From Yuukianura sp. NJ FZ-2021 (taxonomy: Eukaryota), in NCBI GenBank assembly GCA_046563655.1, contig CM102283.1, forward strand, positions 8,866,001 to 8,930,000: DNA of 64,000 nt. The letters are read 5' to 3'. The stretch's first letter is position 1. Each line of letters opens with the position of its first letter. Under the pieces are notes generated by a model that ran no database searches, was not told the origin of the DNA, and worked only from the letters and a program-made list of their open reading frames with translations. The translations under genes were made by a program, and so were the position numbers. Of this stretch, positions 25,821-37,800 are shown one piece after another.

Positions 25821-28800
25821 TTATGACTTGGCAGCCTCCCTGTCCCTGTCCGCTTTGGCCTGTCTCGCTCCGATAAAAGGAGCCAAGATGTCAATTGGAA
25901 TTGGAAAGATGATCGTCGAATTCTTTTCTGCAGATATCGTGTTCAGGGTTTGCAAATACCGCAACTGCAAATTAAAAAACGAAAAAGTTTTTTAGAAAAT
26001 GGAATTTTTAAAACCATTTTAAAATTCATTTTAAAAATTGAAAACCGAATCAAGCTTAACGGAGCCCTTGACATTAATAGAGCCCGCAAACTTGAGGTTA
26101 GAGACTCAAGGGCCGGTTTTAAAGTACTTGAGGCCCTTAAGTACCCTTTGCTTAAACAAGTTTGAAATTCGTACCTGAAGAGCAGCGGGACTTTCAATCA
26201 TGACATCAGACGCTTCTTTGAGGGCCCTTGACGCCTTCATTTCTCCCTCAGCAGCAATCACTTTCGCCCGAGCTTCACGAGCCGCTTCAGCTTCTGCTGC
26301 CATCGCTCGCTGCAACTGCACTGGCAGTCGAACATCCTTTCTGCAAAACAAAATCAGATTTTCAAAATTTCGAAAAAGGAATCACTCGAGTGTGGCACCT
26401 TGAGGCTACAAATTAAGCCGTTCAAAATGGAAAATCAAAATTTCGAAGTTCCCTGAGGCCCTTATTGACTAATGGAATTGTTCAACTGAGAAATAAAATT
26501 AAAATGTCTGCTTTCGAATTTTGTTCAAACAGGTTTCGAAAGTTGTGTTAACTTTTGTTTTCCAAAACTTTGGAAATTTTGTGGAATTGACTAAACAATT
26601 TTGTGGAATGGAGTTTGAATTTGAAATGGATTTTGGTGTTTACCGCTCCAGCGGAAATTGAGGGCACAAGAAACAATCGTTAGGCACAAAACAGAAGTAA
26701 ACAGACGAAGGCCAATTCCCAAGTTACTGAATAATTTAGAAATGGAAAATGGTAAAGTTTTGTGCTAGGGTTAAGTTAGGCTTTGTTATGTTAAGTTTTG
26801 AATTTGAACTTAAGAAGTCACAACTTTGAATTTTGGTGCTTACATTTCGACTCGCTCCACTTTGACCCCCCATGGATCCGTGGCTTCGTCCAATGAGCTC
26901 TGCATTGTGTGCGAAATGGACTCACGCTCCGACAAAATTTCCGCTAAATTTTTTGTTCCCAACACATTCCTGGAATCCATTAACAAAATTTTTAGCGTTA
27001 GCAATCCAAATTTTTTGAAAATCAAATTTTTTGAAAATTTTGTAAACTTACCGAAGCGTAGTTGCTGCAAGGAGTCGAGTCGAATGACTAAATAGAAAAC
27101 ACGGAATTACAAAATAAACGCTTTTACATTAGTATAAAAACAAAAATAGTCATTTTAAGCTGTTTTTAAGCGTGGAGGAAGAACGCGGTTATAAAAAAAT
27201 TTAAAAATCGCGGGGAAATCAAAAAAAGCAATTAAAGTTGGAAAAAAATGTTGCTTAGTTAAAGAAGCGGTTAAATTTGAATTTACCTGTAGTCAACGAC
27301 ATTAGACACGGCAACTGTGGGGTTATACACCCGATAGTAGACAACGGCATCCACTGCTACTGTCACAGAATCATGTGTCAGTATCTGTTAAGGTCAAGGG
27401 TCACAACAACGTTAGAAAAGTCACAACACTTTTAGCCAATCAAAATACGAAATCAATATTATTGAGTCGATTCAAAATATTATTCAAACAGCGCAAATTT
27501 TTGAATCAATTCTACTCAATAATTTTTTAGGTCGAAATGGGTTGAAATTTAATTTGAAACAAAAGCTGACCAATCCTACAATTACAAAAAATGTTGTGAA
27601 ATTTTTAGCACTTTGCAAACAGCTTTGAATTCCAAAAATTACGCTTAATTTTGGTAATTTCTTTAATTTTGCGTTTCATCTGTAATTCTTAGCAATTAAA
27701 AAAGTAGAACACCATTATTCTATTTTTCTTTCTACACACTAAACAAACGTTGCTGTAATCAATTTTAATTCAAGTTTTCAGTTTTGCCGCTTTATTCAAA
27801 ATATGTGTCGAAAATGAAGAAAAATGTAAAACTTTTGAAAAAATAGAAATCAAGTTCCTTTGATGGAAGCTCTTATTTGAGTTTTCAAAAGAGCGGGAAA
27901 CTAAAATAATTTAAACTCATTCAATAGCATTCCTTTTTCCGCCATTTGAAAATCAAACTCAATTTGAATTTTTTTCATACTCAACTCAGTTTCCCGCTTC
28001 TAATTTGATCCCATTTGTCTCAAATGAACTCAATTTAATTTAATTCTCACACTTCACATTCACTCTTGACACTGCTTGTCTAAATGACACTCCAATTTGC
28101 TTTCTCCACTTTCACCCCCTAAATCAATTTCAACTGTTCCTGATTTGATTTATAACACACACAATTTTTTTTGAAATTTTGAAAAAATTAATCAAATTTA
28201 AGTCGATGAATCCTGTCTGAAATCACTTATCACTTGTAACATGTGACAGTGATTTTTTAAACCAACTCCATATGTCATGTCACGTGTCAAATGTCACATG
28301 ACTTATTCTCTCCTAGGAAGACTAACTTCAAAATAGGCTAACAATAACTTATAGTCTTTTCTACTATAAGTTAGAATGACGTTGAGTTAGAGTGTTTAGT
28401 GACTGATAAGCAAAGGAGTGGCAGGGAGTGGGAAATTTCAAATTACTTTCACCAAATTTCAAATCAACACAAAAACCGTTTTTCCAAATTGACATTCCCA
28501 CACGATCGAAACTTGACTTTAACGCAATTTCGGAGAATAAGTGAAAGCAATTAAGGTTGACGCAAATGCCACCCAGGGGAATGTTAATACTTTTGGACAA
28601 TTGGCTCAAAATGGGTCACGGTTTGGCCAGAGCGGGAAAATTTAAGTTTTTAAGACTAAAAATCGATACCTGTAGTCTTCTACATTGTTTGTGGCCATAA
28701 TTGGATTATTTACGCGGTAATACACGACTGCATCAACACTTACAGTCACTGAGTCTCGAGACAACACCTGAGACAACCATTCAACTTTCAAATTTTACCG

Positions 28801-31800
28801 CCAGATTTTTCGAAATTTCCCACTCATGTATTTTTCCAAAATTTCCCGCCAATGTATTGTCCAAAATTTCCCACTCTTGTATTTTTCAAAATTTCTCACC
28901 TAGAATCTAAACCAACCTTTCTCCAAAACTCGCGAAACAAAAACCTTGTAAACAGGAAAAACTTTTTGCAAAGTTTTTAAAATTAAAAAAGCAAAAGTTG
29001 AACAAAATTTTGAAATTATTTATGCGATTGTAGGAAGAAAAAGTTCGTAAAATCCGAAGTGGGTCGCCTTTTCCGTTTCTCTTTTGTTCAAATTTCATAC
29101 CGAATGCACGTCCTGTGAAATGTGTGTCTATTTTTGGCCACCAGGGGAAAATCAATCGATCTAAACACTAAAACTTTAGCTGATCCAACATAACGTTAAA
29201 TGAAACAATCTACGCCTTCCGAAAGCAAAAAACGACCAAAAACAAAACAAAAAATGGAAAAGTTCCTTTCGTATCCAAATGTTGCAATTTATGGATCCAA
29301 AATCCCATTAGACAGATTAGAACTTTCGGAATTATTTAGAACCTCAATTGTAAATAATTTAATGAGACCACGGGCATTTTGGAAATGCGCACCACTAAAT
29401 TTTTCTTAGTTAGTAATTACCGTGCCAATCAAAACTTTTGTCTTCTCAGAATTGGCACTGCAGTGCAGAAGTTTGCAATTACATTTTTCCTTTGAATTTC
29501 TCAACTTGTTTTTTGTTTTTGGTTGTTCAACAATTTAGTTCCTGAAATTCCGCTTGTCTTCCGTTGACAAAAGACAAGGAAAGTTGAGTGTTTCTACTTG
29601 CCAAAAAAAAGCGCGGAAAGAACAAAGAAAAAAGTTAATTTGGGGTGACATACTTCTTGAGGTGGGACGTCAAAGGAAACTGTACGGAGGTCCACACAAC
29701 GGTAGGCATCGATACACGGCAGAATGAAAAAAATTCCGGGACCACGAGCTCCTACGAACAAAAGAAAGCGTGGGAAACATTAAATTTTTGGGGTCATTGA
29801 CCTCCAGAGTTCATTGACCTCGAGATCCATTGTACTTTCAAACATTTTCTATACTCCAGCTCATTTTCAAGGTCAATGAACTCCCGACTTCACTAGAGGT
29901 TATACTACTCATCATCAGTCAAGGTTTCGAGGTCATTGACCTCAGCAAATGTCATTGATCCCAGGAAAGGTCATTGACCCCAACAGCATTCGCCCAAGCA
30001 AAGGTTATTGGCCCCCGCAAAGGTCATTGGCCCTAGCCAAGGTCATTGACCCCAGCAAAGGTCATTGGCCCTAGCCAAGGTCATTGACCTTTCCCGATTT
30101 TTTGAAAATCAATGGCTTACCTCCACGGCGCAGTCGCCCGAGACGGAAAATGACAGCTCTCTCATACTCCTGAACCACCTGAAAAAGTTCAAACGGCGTG
30201 ATTGGTTCATGTTCAAATACTATGTTCAAACATGCATGTTCAAATAGAGAATGTAACGAAGCTTTTCAAACAAGGGAAATCCCATTTGGTTTCACGTGGA
30301 GCTCCTCTTTTATAAAATTTGTTCTGGTAAACAGACATGTTTTGGTCCGCTGCATGACGGTTTTGACGTGATCCGTCAAGGAATTGAGGCTCTGAGTTGA
30401 GTAATGGCGTCCCATCGGGATCCAGATCCAACTTCCACAAAGTGCACTTTATACATATGCCATGCTTTGACTAGGGGAAATCGTTATGAAGAAGAATGAG
30501 AGTTGGACTTTGTAGAGCGACGATGTCACTGCAGGAGGTGACTATTAGTGTCACTCACCTTGAAACAGAAGAAGATGGCGATGGGCAGAGTTAGAATGAG
30601 GAGCACAATTGAGCCAACGTTTGCTAAAACTTCGATGAATCCAGAGCCCTCTGGTTCAGCTGAAAACCAAACAGAAACCAAAAAACGTCAAAATTAATCA
30701 TTCAAAATCCACTCAAACTTAATTTCAAGTTTTGAGTTTTCAAATATTAAGCTTAGTCGATAACTCAAACTTCGCTTTTCAGAACTTCTATGATTTTCTA
30801 CGATTAGAAGCCCATTTTTTTTAAATGTTGTATCTTAGAGGCGTTTTTCTGTATTTTCGAAATAAGAACAAACTCAAAATTTGAATTGAAGCATTGTTCC
30901 AAAAATATAAATAAAAACGTGCATTTGAAAAAAGTGAAGTATTCGTATGCTAAATAAGAATTTATGACTTCAAAGGACCCATGAACTTTTCAGTGCTGAA
31001 AAACAAACATGCCCCAGAGACTGTGACACATTTTGCTCAAACAGTTACACTAACTTATTCCAATTTGGAACTGGAAGACGTTGACGATTCAACCCAGAAG
31101 TACCACGGCGGTACTAAATTTTCAATTCAACAAATTTCCCAAAAAAAATACAGCTTCTAAATTTGAAACAAAAAAAAACTGAAGAAAATGAACAAAATAC
31201 TCAACAGATCGAGGAGGCTGTGGAATTTTATCACCGCAACAAAACTAATTTTGAGAAAAACTAAAAAAAAAAAGACTTCAAAAATTTGACGCTTCAGAAA
31301 CAGCTAGGTCAACTAAATTTTAATTTATTAAAATCCGTCATCTGCCTAAACATGATTCGAATCTTGAAATTCAAATGTCAAATTTTGAAATTCAAAATTT
31401 CTGAAATGCAACCACTGGACTTTCTCTAATTAACAATTCATCTTCTGCGACTTTTGGTTCCAACTGTGCCTCTTCTAAAGCCAAACCACGCACTGGTTTT
31501 AGTCTTTTCAAAAACATAGTTTCATTTCTAGGCTTTTCAAAAACATGGGTTCATTTCAATAGGCTTTTCAGAAACATAGTCCTTATTAAAAACATAATCT
31601 CAGCTACGTTTTGGACGAAACCTAAATTATTCAGCAACCTGCTGACTTCAATTTCAGTTGAAACAGAATTACAACCAAACTTTCTCCTAAATCATTTCTG
31701 TCACTTTTGAAACTTCACTCCTCTTAAATCGTTAAATCCCATTTGTGTTATAGTCTAACCTTATTTTCTAAAATGTTTGCTCATTAGATGCTAAACGCAC

Positions 31801-34800
31801 TTAAGAAAATAAACAATTAGTGAGAGACAAATCCCACCGTCAAAGTTGAGCGTCACTTCGTCTCTGTTTGGTGGTCGCTTCAATGTTGGAACCAAAATAC
31901 TTATGAAACTTTTCGAACTTTCACCCAGTTCTTGTCCTGGCTCAAGAAAAGTCTCCGGCATTTTGAAAATTCGCGGTTTTTGAAAAAAAAACGCTTTTGA
32001 AACTTTAGAAAACCACTTTAGTTGTAATTAATACGAGATGTGTTAGCAACTAAAACCACTGTGACCACACATTTTGTTTTACACTTTCACATTTGTGTCA
32101 ATTGACACTAAAAATTTACACCGGAAGCCACCACTTCACTTTTCCTACTGAAAACCAAAATTCTTTGGATCTTTTACACGTTTCGGTTAAATTTTTGAAA
32201 CTTGGAGTTCCTTGTTGTTGTTTGTTTGTGATTCTGAGTTCTTAGATTTTAGATTCTAGAAAGAAAGATTTAATTTTAACTTTTTGTTCACTCCACATTC
32301 CGAGAGCCTACTAAACTGAAAATGTTAAGTTCGGAGGAGGAAATGTGTTGGGTTGACTGCCGAGTCGGAGTGATGACGGAGATAAGACAATGGAGATCAC
32401 CAAACACAAAACGCCCGGGTAATCCACAGTTGGATCCGAATTCGGGTTTAGACATTCCTTGATACACAAAAGCAGCAAGATCTTCTAGGATTCTAGGATT
32501 AGACTGACAAATCCTTTAGGTTATTTAGGCAGAAGAAGAGACAAGACGCTCTCTTTAACAGTTTCAACAACACACGCCTCTTTTAACAAAAAAAACTAGA
32601 CTACTTAAGAGCAGAATTTAAAATAAAACGAGAGAATTTCCGAAAACGATTTACAAAAAGAGAAGTCTTTTGTGTTTTTTAGAAACAGAAAATAAATGCA
32701 GTGTTTGATCTTCCGAGATAATCTGGAGACTAAAACACAAGAATAAGAACATCTTTTTGAAAAGAAAAGTTTTTGAAAATGTGTAAGACGTTTTTAAAAA
32801 AGACCGCTTTTTAACATGAGTGACGTGTGAAACGAAGCGACGAAAATGGAGGAGTGTGAACCATATGCTTCACGCCAATTTAAATACAACGACTAAACTC
32901 CTCTGCCCAACGAACTCGAAAAAAGTTTTGTTTAATTAACGCCCCAAAAAACCGCGGACGAACATGTTAGGCTAACTTTTAACAAAAAAGATTAGAAAAT
33001 TTGGAACTTTTTGAAAAGTGAGTTAGTAATCCTGCGAAATTCAGGATTCGTGAAGTGTTTGAACAAATTTTTGGACAAGATAGTGCTTTGAAAAGCTTCG
33101 AATATCAATAGAGAGGAACTATCTTTACCATAAATTGTAACTATGCTTTGGAACGAAGCTTTTGACGCTCCGTTGTGCTTAGAGGTGCTTGGAAATTTTT
33201 TGCACTGAAACCACAAATCTTGTTGACAACGGCAGTTACAATCCTCATTCTTCAAATGAAACCATCATCAGCGTCACTTTCTCCTTGTTTAATTTATGAC
33301 CACTTCGAACTTTGGTTTTGTTCAAATAACATTTTACACAGCCTCATTCAAAAAAACCATAATTTTTTAAGTTTTTCAAGCAAATTTTGGTTACATTTTT
33401 CTGGAAATAAGCACAAACGGAAATTAAAAAGCACAAACTTGACCATATCCTGGATGTGGTAGACGATTTAAAAAAAATAATAAAAAAAAAAATTCAAAAA
33501 AAAATTTTCTGTTAAATTTTACACAACAGCTTTCGTCTGACATATGAAAAGTGTTAGATCATTGGAACCATAAAATATCCAAAAATATCTGACATTTTTT
33601 CCAAAAACTTTTTTTTGTGGCCTGTCTGCCGTGTATGTTCAAAAATTGAAAGAGAAAAAGTTTGTGGTGGTAAGGCAAAAATTTTGCTTTTGAAAATCTA
33701 ATATGCACAGTTTATATTTTATTCACATGTTTTCCACCATACTCAAAAACTTATTTTTAAAACCCAACAAAACCGTCTGTAGTCAATTTTTGCAAACAAA
33801 AAAAAACTTCCAAAAACTCAAAGTCAAAACCACAAAAGCCTCAGAAATTTTTGTTCCAGAACGGAAAAGTTGGCGTTACGAAAAATTCCTTTGCTGTCAG
33901 AACATCAAAAGGATAAAAATCTTTTTACAAATTCTAAAATTATTCAAACGAGGGCCTTGATCGTTAGAAGTTTTGTTTAAAAGTGAACTTTTTTAGAAAT
34001 AAACTAAAAACGAGAATCAATTCACTACGTCCAGAATTCATTCAAAATGCTTTTCAAATTCCAGTTCCCGCATAAACCTTTTCAATGGCTAACCAGAATC
34101 TTGTGGATGAACATTTTGAGCCAGAAGTATAAGCTGGTACTAAATTATGGAAATTTTGATTATGATCCGCCATTTTCAAATTGAATAGCACAAGACAATG
34201 AGTTACCTAAACTATAGTTTTTGTTTCTATTCTGAATTTGAAACTCCCGCGGGAGGCTTAGAGTTATGCTTAAACATTCAAATCTCCCGCCCACTTCAAA
34301 ACTGATGTTTGTATTCGCAGCAGCTTTTTCATCTCTACGTTGTTACTAAAAAATTCACATTCAATTCAACTATTCTTTTGTGTTTTGGAAACATGTTTTG
34401 AATAGACCAGTTTCAAAAAAAAAAGTCTTACAAAATTTCGAAAAAGAAACGCACAGCATGCATTAAAGGCACACGGTGCTGAAAATGTGATTTGAAAATT
34501 TGAAATCTCCCGCTTCCGGCATACACACAAAACGGAAGTTAGAAAATTAGGTTCATTAATAGCATACACGCACAGTAATTTCCTGGATGTTGATTGTATT
34601 TTTTAGAAAAGTTCAGTCATAAAATGGAATGTGATCCAGAAAGAAAAAAACTGCAAATTGAAAAGCAAACTAAAACTGAAAAAGTTTTGAAAAAAAGTTT
34701 CGCGTGTGATGTTCAGCGATGATGAGTAAAGATGTTCTTTGTGTAATTGGCGGCTAAATTTAAATTTGTTTTAAAACGACGTGGGTAGTGTTTATGCGGA

Positions 34801-37800
34801 AGCAGAGATTGATTTCAAAGTGTCAAATTTTGGATGGCTCAACTCCAATTTTACGTTTTCCAAAAATTTTTAGCGGGAACTTTGGTTTCCATCTTCCTTT
34901 TACAGCTTCTTTAAAAAAAGTCATAAAAGTTCACACATCTGCTTGAAATTGACGAGATCCATTTCTTTTGACAACTTTTAAAAACTCGCGTCTTCCAGAA
35001 CTTGATCATCATCATCTCCTTTGCTATTGCTTTTAACAATGGCGCCATATTTCAAATTTCAAACTCCGAAAAAGCAATGGACAAAAGATATCTAACGGTG
35101 GTAAGCCCGTGACAGCCACACAGCAGGTTCCCTTTAGTACAAAGAAGCTCCAAGATTTGAAAATGCCGCGAAGATTTGAAAATGCCGCGAAGATTTGAAA
35201 GTTATCGTGTAGCACCGCCGTTTCTACACGAGCACAGCAGGACACTGATCCCATTATTTTCAAATCTCAAAAGTTCTAACGTTCTCCACATTTTACGATT
35301 CAATATCATTCCTCTGCTTTAGACCTTGCGATTTTGGCGCCAATTTAATGCTTAATTTCATTTTGAATTTTGGCGCTTCTCAACTTTTCAAAAGATACGC
35401 CACATTCCTTTTGAAGAGATGTAAAGCCTAATGTTGACATAAAAAGTAAGAACGAGGCTTTGCTTAGATTTGAATTTGATCTGAATGTTTACACAGACAT
35501 GCAGGAATGCCATCACAGGATGGAAAAGAGTTAACTCCATGCGGGAGGGAAATTTCAAAATTCAAAATGCTGAAAACTACTACTGTAGGTGAAGCTTTTG
35601 ATAACTTTGTGTTCCAAGTGTACTAAACTTTATCTGCGTCTATTGTTATCCAGAAGGCGAGTTTTAGTCAGTTGACACCAACGAACCGTGGAAGAACGAG
35701 CGGAAAGGGCGAGGTTCATGTTTTTTGAATCTTCCGGACACGGAAACTCATAAATCAAAATGCGCACTTTCGAAATTTTAAAAATCTTTTTTTAAATTTT
35801 GATTCTTACAGTCTGCATTGGAAGTGTAGAGTTCCCTGCCATCGTGGCTAACAGGAAGAGGTCTCGAGGCGTCTTCACCTCGACGTGGAATTCTCTTGGC
35901 TGGATCTGATTGGTGGCTCATGGGGCCCATCGTCATGGGTTTCGGCTGGGCGGGACCCTCCTGCTGACCTTCCATGTTAACGGATGACCTTTGACCTTTG
36001 ACCTCTCACTGTCTTCTGCTGAAGGTCACTTGCTTTTCAACTAGCGGGAGAGAGGTATAACACTCAAAACCAAAACATCACTCACAAATAAAAATCACTT
36101 TTAAATAGTCAGGAATCGTAAAAGGGCCAACTGCAATTCCCAGTGAAAATTTCTCAAAAATGTCAAACTTTCAGGCAAACTGAAAACGGGCTCGAAATTT
36201 GAAATGCACTGATGTTGTGAGTCCAACATGCGTTTAAATTTAGCTCTCTCTAATCAAAACCAAGCTGGAAATGATTTGAGGACTTTAACATTAGTAGGTA
36301 TGAAGCAGACTGAAGCTTCGTAGCTGACTCAACACAAACTAACATAACCAGAACACGTAAACAATCCTTTCGACCGGTTGGAAAAAGCTTTTTAGAGCTC
36401 TCGCAGTCCAACTTTCATGAAAGTGTTGTTCAAAAAAAAGGCTATAACGTAAGCAACTGGTAAATTGCAGTATAAGGGAACTCTGGAAGGGGATTCTTGG
36501 TTAGGTTCACATACGCTTTTTTGTATTGATCTTCCTATGGCATGTTGAAAAGAAGCTCCCTATGGTCACAAATTATCGTTCGGCATGTACTCTAGGCCTA
36601 ATGTAAACTTAATGTCTACTCGAATGGTTCATGGACGGCGCAGTCTGTTATTCCAGTAACTGCTAAACCTTATACTTTAGCTTTTGTTAGTTTATGGATT
36701 CGAGGATGGGCTATGTATATGAAAACATAAGCTATGTTTATAAAAACATACGCTATGTATATGAAAACATAGGTTGGTGGTTTCAAGCGATTTGTTATGG
36801 CAAGAAACATGGTTGCAGGCAGCATGCAAATTGCATGACGAGGTTTGTGTACTGAGAATCACTCCCAAAATATCTTGCATGGACCTTGGACTATGACAAT
36901 TTTTAAACAAATATGAGAGTTACTGTCAAGGAAAAAAATACAGGAACTTTAAATCATAAAAGACTTTGTACATACTTAACTACCCTAAATGACAGACAAG
37001 AGTATTTCCAATGTGCAAATTTCAATAGAAAAAAGTCACAAAGATCATAAAGTCATGAGATTTCGAAATATCCTGTATGAGTCAACCAGAATTTCAGCCG
37101 TGTGACTTTTAGTAACTTCAAAATTTTGAGAAATTTCGATGAAACGCAAAAAAAAATTTACGTCAAATCTAATTTTTTGGTTTTTTAAGATTATTGTTTT
37201 GCGTAACAGGAAATCACGCCATTGATTTACAGTTTTTTGGATTAAAAGTGCTGCGTACTTCTAGAATTTTTTTGTGTAGAACTGTTTTGTTATTGGAGCA
37301 AATCTGATTGATTCATTTAGAAATTTTGTTGTTTTGTGAATTTTGATGTCAATCAAAGTCAATATCGGTTATCAATGTTACTGATACGCTTGAGTTGTAC
37401 TAAATGTCTCTTTGTTGTGGATTTGACCAGCCAAAATTGGCAGGCGCTTTGAAAAGCTATAAGTATCACTTTCTTGGGACAACCTTGAAGAAGCGGAAAA
37501 GTGAACGCCTTTGTCCTGTGCTGTCCCACAATTTATTTAAATGTTATTGATCCACTTTAGCCACTTTTGCTTAATCCACGTAGTCTAGAGAAAAAGGAAG
37601 TTTTAGACAACTTAAAAGACCAATTACGACAAAAAATTGAGACAAAACTATAAATTTTGTTCATTTTGAGTTTTAAATCGTTTGATGTCACCATTTTCTA
37701 AAGAGTCTCACAATTTCCGTTTTGGCTTCATAAAATATTTTTTGGCAACTCTATCCGGAACGCCACACACGAACCAGAAAAAAACTATGGACGCGATCTC

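Noticed and set aside
30240-30440. 66-aa minus-strand ORF in a stomatin C intron as an extra exon
   Set aside because: TTG start, in-frame stop upstream, and no splice sites compatible with the neighbouring phase-0 junction.
31055-31113. Possible cassette exon (YRRGTSGLNRQRLPVPNWN) upstream of the hairpin exon
   Set aside because: The only open frame is phase 0/2, which does not fit the phase-1 junction; the phase-1 reading ends in a stop.
33455-33635. Possible degenerate TIR element (ggtagac..gtctgcc)
   Set aside because: The inverted match is too short and no TSD was found.
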